From the NCBI GenBank assembly GCA_964461385.1, contig CAYWUA010000003.1, positions 9,454 to 73,453 of the forward strand: 64,000 bases of DNA. Reading direction: 5' to 3'. This document shows, piece after piece, positions 17,337 to 26,184 of this stretch; the stretch's first letter is position 1, and the number at the start of each line of letters is the position of its first letter. The notes below the pieces were generated by a model, which was not told where the DNA came from, made no database searches, and was given only the letters and a program-made list of their open reading frames with translations. The translations under genes and the position numbers were made by a program. The stretch is from an uncultured Oscillospiraceae bacterium (GTDB taxonomy: Bacteria > Bacillota > Clostridia > Oscillospirales > Oscillospiraceae).

Positions 17337-18311
17337 TCACGGTTTCTTCCGCTTTGCCTGGCGCTGCTCGTCCTCTTCGTATGCCTTAATAATGCGCTGG
17401 ACCAGCACATGGCGTACCACGTCTGCGCCGGTCAGGCGGCAGATGGCGATGTCCTCCACCCCTTTGAGTACCCGCATGGCCTCCTTTAGGCCGGAGATCT
17501 TGTCTGCGGGCAGGTCGATCTGGGTGATATCGCCGGTAATGACGATTTTCGAGCCAAAGCCCATGCGGGTCAGAAACATCTTCATCTGCTCGCGGGAGGT
17601 GTTCTGCGCCTCGTCGAGGATGATGAAGGAGTCATCCAGGGTGCGCCCGCGCATGTAGGCCAGCGGCGCGACCTCGATGCTGCCGCGCTCGTGGTACTTC
17701 TCATAGGTCTCCGCGCCCAGCATCTCGTAGAGCGCATCGTAGAGCGGGCGGAGATAGGGGTCCACCTTGCTCTGCAGGTCGCCCGGCAGAAAGCCGAGCC
17801 GCTCGCCCGCCTCCACGGCGGGGCGGGTGAGGATGATGCGGTTCACCTGCCGCGCGCGGAAGGCGGCCACGGCGGCAGCCACGGCGAGATAGGTTTTGCC
17901 GGTGCCCGCCGGGCCGACGCCGAGGGTGATGGTGTTATGCGCGATCGCTTGGATATAGCGGGTCTGTCCCACCGTCTTGGCGCGAATCGGCTTGCCCGCA
18001 GCGGTGACGCACAGCACGTCACGCCCGTAATCGCCGATCTGGTCCGCCTTCCCCTCGCGCACCAGGCCGAGGGTATAGCGGACGGCCTGCTCCCCGAGCT
18101 GCTCGCCGCGTCCGGCCAGCTCCTGCAGACCACGGATGGCCTGTGCCCCCTGCGCGACCGCCTCCTCCGGCCCGGAGAGCTTGAGTTCCCCGTCGCGGTT
18201 CACGGCGGTCAGCCCCAGCTCGCGCTCGATGATGCGGATATTCTCGTCAAAAGCGCCGAAGAGACTGGCGGTCTCTTCGGTCTGCCCGATGGTGATGCGC
18301 TGCTCTGCCAA
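17337..18311 (-). CDS. phoH: PhoH-family ATPase
   Basis: GPAGTGKTYLAVA, RIILTRPAVEAGERLGFLPGD and IILDEAQNT. TTG start according to the ORF track. Confidence 0.95.
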   Translation of the reverse strand: MAEQRITIGQTEETASLFGAFDENIRIIERELGLTAVNRDGELKLSGPEEAVAQGAQAIRGLQELAGRGEQLGEQAVRYTLGLVREGKADQIGDYGRDVLCVTAAGKPIRAKTVGQTRYIQAIAHNTITLGVGPAGTGKTYLAVAAAVAAFRARQVNRIILTRPAVEAGERLGFLPGDLQSKVDPYLRPLYDALYEMLGAETYEKYHERGSIEVAPLAYMRGRTLDDSFIILDEAQNTSREQMKMFLTRMGFGSKIVITGDITQIDLPADKISGLKEAMRVLKGVEDIAICRLTGADVVRHVLVQRIIKAYEEDEQRQAKRKKP

Positions 18312-18340
18312 ATGTGTTCATCTCTTTCTATCTCTTTTGT

Positions 18341-19534
18341 CTATTCCGTCAGCACGACGGTGCGGCCGATCTGCTCCAGGCACTGGGCGGTGAGGGTGAC
18401 GGTGACGGTGTCCTCCGCGCGCTCCACCTGCCAGTCCTGCACAAGCACCTCGCCGCCATCGAGGCTCAAGGCCAGCCGCTCGTCCAGCAGGGCGCACAGC
18501 CACCGCTCCGCCGCGTCCGCGTCCACCGCGGCCGGGGCATACGCTCTGCCCGTCACCTGCCACAGGCCGAACAACGGCGCCGGCCCGCCGGGCAGGGTAA
18601 CCGGATACAGTATGGCTATTTTATCACATCCGGTATCCGGTTTGCTACCATCTCTGTAAAAATTGAAGCGTCTGCCCAGAAAATTTATCCCCCAGCCGCT
18701 CCAGTCGGGCTCCTCCCCCGCCGCGCGCAGCGCCGAGAGCGGGGTAGTGGCGGAGAGCACGCGCCGCGTGAGGGCCCACACCTCGCCCTCGGCGCGCACT
18801 TGGCGGCGGCTGATGATCTCTCCACTGCCGTCAGGCGACTCCCGCAGCAGCATGCTGGAGATAAGCACCTCACCCTCCAGCACTGCCTGCCCCTCCTGTA
18901 CCGCCTCCCGCCCGCGGATGGCGTCCACATCCACCACAATGCCGTCGCGCGCGGCGACCACCTCCGTCAGCTGATCCTCGTCCACCACCTCCGGCGCCGG
19001 GCGCGCCTCCCGCACGATCACCTCGGCGCGGATGCCGCTGAGGTTGATGGTCAGAAAGCTCAGCTCCTCTATTTCCAGCAGCACCTGGTTGGACAGCGCG
19101 CGCACGTCTACTTCCGGCCCGTAGCTGCCGACGCCAAAGCCGTGCTCCTGTAAGGCCGCGAGGATGCGGGAAGAGGGGACCGTCTCATTGCCCGTCACCT
19201 CCACCACCAGCACAAAGCGGCTCAGCACGCTCATCAGCGCGAGCAGGACGGCCAACCCCGCCAGCAGCCCATAGCGCCGGCGCAGCCGCCAGAGCAGGGC
19301 GGGAAGGCCGCCCTGCTCCACCACCCGGACAGTGCACATCGCCCGCTCCGCCAGCGCAGCCGCCCGCTTTTGTTCCCAGCGCGCGACCGTAAAGCGCACC
19401 CGGGTCTCATCCACCTGGCGCGCGCCCCAGAACCCAATCCCCTCGGCAGCACAGATATTAAAACACCGCTCCGGAAATGGCCCCTCCGCCTCCAGCGTGA
19501 CCGTGCCGCGCAGAAAATTGATCAGCCGCTGCAT
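18341..19534 (-). CDS. yqfD: Sporulation protein YqfD
   Basis: 397 aa. MQRLINFLRGTVTLEAEGPFPERCFNICAAEGIGFW, a central TM helix, and synteny with yqfC and phoH. Confidence 0.85.
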   Translation of the reverse strand: MQRLINFLRGTVTLEAEGPFPERCFNICAAEGIGFWGARQVDETRVRFTVARWEQKRAAALAERAMCTVRVVEQGGLPALLWRLRRRYGLLAGLAVLLALMSVLSRFVLVVEVTGNETVPSSRILAALQEHGFGVGSYGPEVDVRALSNQVLLEIEELSFLTINLSGIRAEVIVREARPAPEVVDEDQLTEVVAARDGIVVDVDAIRGREAVQEGQAVLEGEVLISSMLLRESPDGSGEIISRRQVRAEGEVWALTRRVLSATTPLSALRAAGEEPDWSGWGINFLGRRFNFYRDGSKPDTGCDKIAILYPVTLPGGPAPLFGLWQVTGRAYAPAAVDADAAERWLCALLDERLALSLDGGEVLVQDWQVERAEDTVTVTLTAQCLEQIGRTVVLTE

Positions 19535-19535
19535 C

Positions 19536-19817
19536 TCACGTCAGCTCCACGGAGCGGATCTCGCCGCTGATGCAGAGGGTGTTGGCGTTCATGGAGCGCA
19601 ATTCGAGCCCCGTGCCGCGCAGGCAGACCGTCGTCCGCCCACCGCTGATGTGGATCTCCTCCTCCCCATAACTCAGGATCCCCCGGTGCCCCTCCATCCA
19701 GAACTCCCGGTTCCCCACCAGCTCCACGCGGGCCAGCCCGGCCACCACGTCACCCGGCAGGTCAAGCGACTCGGCCGTGCGCTCGAGCAGCCCGTGCCAA
19801 GAAGGTCTATCCGTCAT
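19536..19817 (-). CDS. yqfC: Sporulation protein YqfC (YabP family)
   Basis: The internal ATG 19817 (GAAGGGGGGAG RBS) gives MTDRPSWHGLLERTAESLDLPGDVVAGLARVELVGNREFWMEGHRGILSY. Confidence 0.8.
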   Translation of the reverse strand: MTDRPSWHGLLERTAESLDLPGDVVAGLARVELVGNREFWMEGHRGILSYGEEEIHISGGRTTVCLRGTGLELRSMNANTLCISGEIRSVELT

Positions 19818-19837
19818 CTGGCTCCCCCCTTCTCTGA

Positions 19838-19866
19838 AAGATATGCGCCGCAGCGGGAAACATGCT
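19838..19866 (-). promoter_or_regulatory. Candidate sigma-E-type promoter of yqfC-yqfD
   Basis: The minus strand reads aGCATgTT-13 nt-CATAtcTT. The sigma-E consensus as I recall it is GKCATATT-N14-CATACAhT. Located just upstream of the yqfC RBS. Confidence 0.35.
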
Positions 19867-20011
19867 GCCGCCGGCACAAGATACTGTGTCCCTCCCCCGG
19901 CAGCTGCGGTCCCTTATTTCTCCCTTCCTCTTTTTTGCGCCGCAAAGGTCCCCGTTTGACGCCGGAGAAGCCGATTTCCCCTCCTTTTGCCCATTGCTTT
20001 GTGCCTTTACA

Positions 20012-20069
20012 AATCAATATTTTGTGTCTTCTGATATCATTTCTTCCGATCGGACACAATATCTTGTGT
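20012..20069 (+). promoter_or_regulatory. Two NrdR boxes upstream of nrdD
   Basis: Box 2 (20054-20069) reads ACACAATATCTTGTGT, a near-perfect match to the 16-bp NrdR palindrome acaCwAtATaTwgtgt. Box 1 (20012-20027) reads AATCAATATTTTGTGT, with a degenerate left half. The centres are 42 bp apart, about 4 helical turns. Confidence 0.6.
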
Positions 20070-20087
20070 GTATTTTCCCATTCCCCC

Positions 20088-20116
20088 TTGCAATCGGGGT
20101 TAAAATCTGTTATAGT
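20088..20116 (+). promoter_or_regulatory. Candidate nrdD promoter
   Basis: TTGCAA-17 nt-TATAGT, about 70 nt upstream of ATG 20187. Confidence 0.5.
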
Positions 20117-20186
20117 GAATGTTGCACGCAGCTGACAGTGCGCCGCCCGACCGGGCGACGCTTTGCTTTACGAAAGGAGTCTTCTC

Positions 20187-22313
20187 ATGAAGGTTATCAA
20201 ACGGGACGGCACCACGGTGGACTTCGACCGGATGAAAATCGTCCTGGCCGTCCAGAAGGCCAACCAGGCGGTTGACCCCGAGATGCGCATCACCCAGGAT
20301 CAGATTGACGGCATCGCCGACTATGTGATGAAAAAGGACCGTCCCCGCCTTCTGGTAGAGGATATCCAGGACATGGTGGAGCAGCAGATCATGGCCCTCG
20401 GCAAGTACGACCTGGCCAAGGCGTATATCATCTACCGCTATATCCGCTCCCTCGCCCGGCGGCAGAACACCACGGACGACGACATTCTCGACCTGCTGCG
20501 CAACGCGAACAAGGAGATGGCGGAGGAGAACTCCAACAAGGACACCGCCGTGGCCTCCACCCAGCGCGACTATATCGCCGGCATCGTCAGCCGCGACCTC
20601 ACGCGGCGCATCCTGCTGCCGGAGAAGATCTCCAAGGCGCACGACGAGGGCGTGCTCCACTTTCACGACGCGGACTATTTCGTACAGCCCATCTTCAACT
20701 GCTGCCTGATCAACATCGGCGACATGCTCGACAACGGCACCATGATGAACGGCAAGCTGATCGAGACGCCCAAGAGCTTCCAGGTCGCCTGTACGGTCAC
20801 CACGCAGATCATCTCCTGCGTCGCCTCCAACCAGTACGGCGGCCAGAGCGTGGATATGAGCCATCTGGGCAAGTATCTGCGCCGGAGCAAGGAGAAGTTC
20901 GCCCACAAGATTCTGGAGGCCGCCGGCGGCCAGATGGACCCGGGCCTGCTGGAGCGGCTGGTGAACGAGCGCATCAGCACCGAGCTGAAAAACGGCGTGC
21001 AGACCATCCAGTACCAGATCAACACCCTGATGACCACCAACGGCCAGTCCCCCTTTGTGACCCTCTTCCTCTATCCGCGTGAGGACGACCCCTACGCCGA
21101 GGAGAACGCGATGATCATCGAGGAGATCCTGCGCCAGCGGCTGGAAGGCATCAAGAACGAGCAGGGCGTCTACGTCACCCCCGCCTTCCCAAAGCTGGTG
21201 TACGTGCTCGACGAGAACAACTGCCTGCGCGGCGGCAAGTACGACTATCTGACCCGTCTGGCCGTCCGCTGCTCGGCCAAGCGGATGTACCCCGACTATA
21301 TCTCCGCCAAGAAGATGCGCGAGAACTATGAGGGTAACGTCTTCTCCCCGATGGGCTGCCGCTCCTTCCTCGCCCCGTGGAAGGACGAGAACGGGAACTA
21401 CCAGTTTGAGGGCCGCTTCAATCAGGGCGTCGTGTCCATCAACCTGCCGCAGGTGGGCCTGGAGGTCCGCGGCGACATGAGCAAGTTCTGGGACGAGTTT
21501 GACCGCCGCCTGGAGCTGTGCAAGGAGGCGCTCATGTGCCGCCACAACGCGCTCAAGGGCGTGCTCTCCGACGTGTCCCCGATCCACTGGCAGTACGGCG
21601 CCATCGCTCGGCTGAAAAAGGGCGAGACAATTGACAAGTACCTCTATGGCGGCTACTCCACCATCTCGCTGGGCTATATCGGCCTGTATGAGCTGACGTA
21701 CCTGATGACCGGTCAGAGCCACGCCCAGCCCGAGGGCCTGAAGTTCGCCCTGCAGGTGATGCGGCACATGAAGGACAAGGTCACCCAGTGGAAGCAGGGG
21801 ACCAACATCGGCTTTGCCCTCTACGGCACGCCGGCGGAGAGCCTGTGCTACCGCTTCGCGCGGGTGGACAAGGAGCGCTACGGCACGGTGGAGAACGTGA
21901 CCGACAAGGGCTACTACACCAACTCCTATCACGTGGACGTGCGCGAGAAGATGGACGCGTTCACCAAGTTCCAGTTTGAGAGCCAGTTCCAGTCCATCTC
22001 CACCGGCGGGTGCATCTCCTATGTGGAGATCCCGAATATGCGCCACAACCTGCCCGCGCTGGAGAGCCTGGTCCAGTTCATCTATGACAACATCCAGTAT
22101 GCGGAATTCAACACCAAGAGCGACTACTGCCAGGTATGCGGCTACGACGGGGAAATTATGATCAACGATGACCTCGAATGGGAATGCCCCTGCTGCGGCA
22201 ACAAGGACCACCGCTTGATGAACGTGGTGCGCCGGACCTGCGGCTATCTGGGCGAGAACTTCTGGAACGTTGGCAAGACAAAGGAAATCCGCTCGCGGGT
22301 GCTGCACCTCTGA
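20187..22313 (+). CDS. nrdD: Anaerobic ribonucleoside-triphosphate reductase (class III)
   Basis: Start at ATG 20187 (AAAGGAG RBS). N-terminal ATP-cone MKVIKRDGTTVDFD. C-terminal zinc site CQVCGY...CPCCGN and glycyl-radical motif RRTCGYLG. Confidence 0.95.
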   Translation: MKVIKRDGTTVDFDRMKIVLAVQKANQAVDPEMRITQDQIDGIADYVMKKDRPRLLVEDIQDMVEQQIMALGKYDLAKAYIIYRYIRSLARRQNTTDDDILDLLRNANKEMAEENSNKDTAVASTQRDYIAGIVSRDLTRRILLPEKISKAHDEGVLHFHDADYFVQPIFNCCLINIGDMLDNGTMMNGKLIETPKSFQVACTVTTQIISCVASNQYGGQSVDMSHLGKYLRRSKEKFAHKILEAAGGQMDPGLLERLVNERISTELKNGVQTIQYQINTLMTTNGQSPFVTLFLYPREDDPYAEENAMIIEEILRQRLEGIKNEQGVYVTPAFPKLVYVLDENNCLRGGKYDYLTRLAVRCSAKRMYPDYISAKKMRENYEGNVFSPMGCRSFLAPWKDENGNYQFEGRFNQGVVSINLPQVGLEVRGDMSKFWDEFDRRLELCKEALMCRHNALKGVLSDVSPIHWQYGAIARLKKGETIDKYLYGGYSTISLGYIGLYELTYLMTGQSHAQPEGLKFALQVMRHMKDKVTQWKQGTNIGFALYGTPAESLCYRFARVDKERYGTVENVTDKGYYTNSYHVDVREKMDAFTKFQFESQFQSISTGGCISYVEIPNMRHNLPALESLVQFIYDNIQYAEFNTKSDYCQVCGYDGEIMINDDLEWECPCCGNKDHRLMNVVRRTCGYLGENFWNVGKTKEIRSRVLHL

Positions 22314-22349
22314 CCCCCTCCGTACAGATCAGAGACAGAAGGAGACGCC

Positions 22350-22880
22350 ATGAACTACGCGGCCATCAAGAAAAATGATATCGCCAACGGTCCAGGGGTG
22401 CGCGTCTCCCTCTTCGTCTCCGGCTGCACACACCACTGCAAGGGCTGTTTTAACCAGGAGGCGTGGGACTTTGCCTACGGCGCGCCCTACACGCCGGAGA
22501 CGGAGGACGAGATCATCGAGGCCCTCCGCCCCTGGTATATCACCGGGCTGACCCTGCTCGGCGGCGAGCCGTTTGAGCCGGCCAACCAGGCGGCCCTGCT
22601 GCCCCTGCTGCGCCGGGTGCGCCGGGAGCTGCCGGAGAAGACCATCTGGGCCTTCACCGGCTACACGCTGGAGACCGACCTGCTCACCGGCAAGCTGGGC
22701 GACTGGGCCATCACCCGTGAGATCTTGCACGCTCTGGACGTGCTGGTGGACGGGGAGTTCCTCCTGGAACAAAAGGACATCTCCCTGCGCTTTCGCGGCT
22801 CGGCCAACCAGCGGCTGATCGACCTGCCTAAGACACTGGCGCAGGACGAGGCCGTCCTGTGGGACGACGGGACAGTGTAA
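22350..22880 (+). CDS. nrdG: Anaerobic RNR activating radical-SAM protein
   Basis: DIANGPGVRVSLFVSGCTHHCKGCFN, the CxxxCxxC radical-SAM motif of the NrdG type. Confidence 0.9.
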   Translation: MNYAAIKKNDIANGPGVRVSLFVSGCTHHCKGCFNQEAWDFAYGAPYTPETEDEIIEALRPWYITGLTLLGGEPFEPANQAALLPLLRRVRRELPEKTIWAFTGYTLETDLLTGKLGDWAITREILHALDVLVDGEFLLEQKDISLRFRGSANQRLIDLPKTLAQDEAVLWDDGTV

Positions 22881-22891
22881 AAAACAATCGC

Positions 22892-22915
22892 GAGGCCCTG
22901 CTGATGCAGGGCCTC
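22892..22915 (+). terminator. Hairpin after nrdG
   Basis: gaggccctgc-tgat-gcagggcctc, a 10-bp perfect stem. The downstream U-tract is weak (tatcccgcttc). Confidence 0.45.
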
Positions 22916-23023
22916 TATCCCGCTTCTCCTTATCACCATCACCGAACAAACGCGAAAAAGAACGGCGTCTGCCGGGCGTACTCCTGCCCGGCGGGCGCCG
23001 CTTGGCGTTCTCAGAATGTCTGT

Positions 23024-24574
23024 TTACTTGGCGTACTCGACCGCCTTGGTCTCCCGGATCAGGTGGACCTTGATCTGGCCGGGGTACTCCACCGACTCCT
23101 CGATCTGCTTGGCGATGTCGCGGGCCAGGATGACCATCTCGTCCTCGCTGACCTCCTCTGGCTTGACCATGATGCGGATCTCACGGCCGGCCTGGATGGC
23201 ATAGGCCTTGTCCACACCCTTGAAGGAGGAGGAGATCTCCTCCAGCTTTTCCAGGCGCTTGATATAGTTCTCCACGTTCTCGCGGCGGGCGCCGGGGCGG
23301 GCAGCAGAGATGGCGTCGGCCGCCTGTACCAGGCAGGCGACAATGGTCTGGGGCTCTACATCGTTATGGTGGGCGGCGATCGCATGAATGACCTGGTCGC
23401 TCTCCTTGTAGCGCTTGGCCAGCTCCACGCCGATCTGGACATGGGAACCCTCGATCTCGTGGTCCACGCTCTTGCCGATGTCGTGCAGCAGGCCGGCACG
23501 TTTGGCCTGGGCCACATCCGCGCCGATCTCAGAGGCAAGCAGCCCAGCGATGTGCGAGACCTCAATGCAGTGGTTGAGCACGTTCTGCCCGTAGCTGGTG
23601 CGGTAGTGCATCCGGCCGAGCAGCCGGATGAGCTCCGGATGCAGGGAGTGGATGTTCGTCTCGAACACGGCCCGCTCGCCCTCGGCCTTGATGGTGGCCT
23701 CCACCTCGCGCTTGGCCTTCTCCACCATCTCCTCAATGCGGGCGGGGTGGATGCGCCCGTCGGCGATCAGGCGCTCCAGGGCAATGCGGGTGATCTCACG
23801 GCGGACAGGGTCGAAGCAGGAGATGGTGATCGCCTCGGGCGTGTCGTCAATGATGAGCTCCGCACCGGTGAGGGTTTCCAGTGTGCGAATATTGCGGCCT
23901 TCCCGGCCGATGATCCGTCCTTTGATCTCATCATTGGGCAGCGGCACGACGGAGACAGCGACCTCGGCCACCTGGTCGGCGGCACAGCGCTGGATCGCCA
24001 GCGCGATCAGCTCACGAGCGTAACTGTCCGCTTCTTCCTTAAACTTTCCCCTGATCTCCTTGATCTTGATTGCCTCTTCATGGGTGACGTCCGCCTCTAC
24101 CTGCTCAATCAGATAACGCTTGGCCTCCTCCGTGGTCAGGCCGGAAATGCGCTCGAGCTCCTCCATCTGGCTGAGCTTCAGCGCCTCCGCCTCCTCACGG
24201 GTGCGTTCGGCGGCGGCCAGCTTGTTTTGCAGCCGTTCTTCTTTCTTTTCAATCTGGTCGATCTTGCGGTCCAGGTTCTCCTCCTTGGACTGGAGGCGGC
24301 GCTCCTGCTTTTGCAGCTCGCTGCGCTGTTCCTTGACCTCGCGCTCATAGGCGTTTCGCTCCCGATGGATCTCCTCACGGGCCTCCACCAGTGCCTCGCG
24401 CTTCTTGCTCTCCGCCTCCTTGATGGCGACGTTCACAATCCGGGTCGCCTCCTCTTCGGCGGAGCCAATCTCCTTCTCCGCAGTGTTCTTGCGGATCGTG
24501 ATGCCGGCCGCAATGCCTGCCGCCAGGCAGACCAGGGCGACGAGGATGGCGACGATGACGCTAATCGGTGTCAT
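23024..24574 (-). CDS. rny: Ribonuclease Y
   Basis: N-terminal TM helix, coiled coil, KH domain ([12 protein letters not shown]) and HD domain (LLHDIGK). Confidence 0.95.
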   Translation of the reverse strand: MTPISVIVAILVALVCLAAGIAAGITIRKNTAEKEIGSAEEEATRIVNVAIKEAESKKREALVEAREEIHRERNAYEREVKEQRSELQKQERRLQSKEENLDRKIDQIEKKEERLQNKLAAAERTREEAEALKLSQMEELERISGLTTEEAKRYLIEQVEADVTHEEAIKIKEIRGKFKEEADSYARELIALAIQRCAADQVAEVAVSVVPLPNDEIKGRIIGREGRNIRTLETLTGAELIIDDTPEAITISCFDPVRREITRIALERLIADGRIHPARIEEMVEKAKREVEATIKAEGERAVFETNIHSLHPELIRLLGRMHYRTSYGQNVLNHCIEVSHIAGLLASEIGADVAQAKRAGLLHDIGKSVDHEIEGSHVQIGVELAKRYKESDQVIHAIAAHHNDVEPQTIVACLVQAADAISAARPGARRENVENYIKRLEKLEEISSSFKGVDKAYAIQAGREIRIMVKPEEVSEDEMVILARDIAKQIEESVEYPGQIKVHLIRETKAVEYAK

Positions 24575-24754
24575 GACTGAAAATTACACCTCCTTCAATG
24601 AAAAAATACGAATGTGTGGTGGAAGCAGACACTTCCCAGAAATCGCGCAAAAAAGATACAGACGAAGCCATCGCCTGTAAGGAAAAACGTTGAAAAACAG
24701 CCCTCCAAAACCGGCTGGGCGCCGGTCTCCCGTTTCTCAAAATAATCCATTCCT

Positions 24755-24783
24755 ATTTTACTGTGAATTTTACACAATGTCAA
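24755..24783 (-). promoter_or_regulatory. Candidate rny promoter
   Basis: The minus strand reads TTGACA-17 nt-TAAAAT. This implies a leader of about 170 nt. Confidence 0.5.
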
Positions 24784-24824
24784 GATGGTTCGATTTGGAA
24801 ACTCCGCCACATCTGTCTAATGCC

Positions 24825-24854
24825 GGCATACCACCCGCATGCGCGGCATAGTCT
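24825..24854 (+). promoter_or_regulatory. Candidate sigma-E-type promoter of spoIIP
   Basis: GGCATAcc-14 nt-CATAgtcT compared with the recalled consensus GKCATATT-N14-CATACAhT. It ends about 35 nt before ATG 24889. Confidence 0.4.
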
Positions 24855-24888
24855 TTATGGATTCAAAGGAAACGGGAGGCGGTGCTCC

Positions 24889-26184
24889 ATGGGAAACAGG
24901 CGGGGCCGCCAGATCGCCCGGCTGGCTGCGCTGAGCGTGGCGGCTGGGACGCTCTGGCTCGCCGGGCAGTCGGCAGACCTGTCCGCGCTTTGGACAGGTC
25001 TGGGCAATCTGTTGGCCGGACCAGGCACCGCATCAGCACTTCTGGCACAAGAGCTGGCCCCGGCGCAGAGTGGGCAGCTGCTCGAGGATTGGCTGCTCGG
25101 GCAGCTGCCCGCACCGGCCGGGGACGAGCCGTTGGATCCCGCCGAGGCGGAGCCTGCGGTTCAGGCCGAACTGCCAGAGGCAGAGGCGGCAGAAGCTCCG
25201 CCGGAGGACGCCACGGCGTCAGACGGAGCCGCAGAGGAGGACAGCGCGGCGGAGGAGACCACGACAGATGGCTCTCCCCCGGCAGAGGACAGCCTGGAGG
25301 AAGAACCGGCGCCCGACTCCTCTGCCGGTTCAGAAGAGTCGGGCGCTGAGGAGCCAGCGGACGAAGCGGAAGAATCATCCCCGGACGCAGCGCAGGAGTA
25401 CCCCGTCCTCCCCGCCCCGGAAGACATCTCTGGGGATCAGCTGGAGCTGACCAATTCCACCGACGGCATCGAGCTCTCCCTGGGGGAGTATCTGTCGCGC
25501 GAGGTGCATCTCTCCCTCTCCTCCGAGGGGCCACAGATCCTCATCATGCACACCCACGGCACCGAGGCGTACACCATGGCGGACGGGGACAACTATGTCG
25601 AGTCGGACAGCGCGCGCACCACGGATGAGAACTACAACATGATCCGCGTTGGCGAGGAGATGAAAGCCGTCTTTGAGTCCATGGGTCTCTCTGTCGTCCA
25701 CGACACCAGCCTGTATGACTATCCGCGTTATACCGGCTCCTACTCCCGGTCCCTGGAGGGGATCGAGGCCTATCTGGAGCAGTACCCCACCATCTCGGTG
25801 GTGCTCGACGTGCACCGCGACGCGCTCATCGGCAACGACGGCACCGCCTACAAGGTGACGGATACCATCGGCGGCGAGACGGTCGCCCAAGTGATGCTGG
25901 TAGTCGGGAGCAACGACGGCGGGCTCGACCACCCGAATTGGGAGGAAAACCTCACCCTCGCAGCCCATATCCAGGCGCGGATGATGAGCATCCACGCCAG
26001 TTTTCCTCGCCCGGTCAACCTGCGCAGCCAGCGGTTTAACCAGCACATGACCACCGCTTCCCTCCTGGTGGAGGTGGGCACAAGCGGCAACACCCTTCGC
26101 GAGGCACTGGCCGGGGCGCGCTACTTTGCCCAGGCGGCCGGCTCAGTCTATCTGGAACACCTGTCCCCGGCGGACGGGGGATGA
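24889..26184 (+). CDS. spoIIP: Stage II sporulation protein P
   Basis: Start at ATG 24889 (GGGAGG RBS). Signal-anchor, then a long acidic E/A/P/D linker, then the C-terminal SpoIIP domain (ILIMHTHGTEAY...VVLDVHRDA...MLVVG). Confidence 0.85.
   Translation: MGNRRGRQIARLAALSVAAGTLWLAGQSADLSALWTGLGNLLAGPGTASALLAQELAPAQSGQLLEDWLLGQLPAPAGDEPLDPAEAEPAVQAELPEAEAAEAPPEDATASDGAAEEDSAAEETTTDGSPPAEDSLEEEPAPDSSAGSEESGAEEPADEAEESSPDAAQEYPVLPAPEDISGDQLELTNSTDGIELSLGEYLSREVHLSLSSEGPQILIMHTHGTEAYTMADGDNYVESDSARTTDENYNMIRVGEEMKAVFESMGLSVVHDTSLYDYPRYTGSYSRSLEGIEAYLEQYPTISVVLDVHRDALIGNDGTAYKVTDTIGGETVAQVMLVVGSNDGGLDHPNWEENLTLAAHIQARMMSIHASFPRPVNLRSQRFNQHMTTASLLVEVGTSGNTLREALAGARYFAQAAGSVYLEHLSPADGG

Noticed and set aside
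20100-22307. 735-aa minus-strand ORF covering the whole nrdD region
   Set aside because: It lies exactly antisense to an unmistakable class III RNR gene. Its low-complexity composition rich in Ala, Gly, Val, Leu, His and Asp, with no motifs, marks it as a GC3 shadow ORF.
22859-24580. 573-aa plus-strand ORF opposite rny. Similar long antisense ORFs occur at 28745-30469, 34613-36424, 10568-12301, 57127-58536, 57996-59849 and 59740-60852.
   Set aside because: All of them mirror strongly supported genes on the other strand, and all lack motifs.
24709-24727. Short GC hairpin followed by TTTTGG on the minus strand in the rny leader
   Set aside because: The stem is only 6 bp, which is too weak to call a terminator or attenuator on its own. 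It is mentioned only within the rny leader finding.
24595-24810. 71-aa minus-strand ORF in the rny/spoIIP intergenic region
   Set aside because: It begins upstream of the rny promoter candidate and runs through it. It has no RBS and a hydrophobic, low-information sequence.
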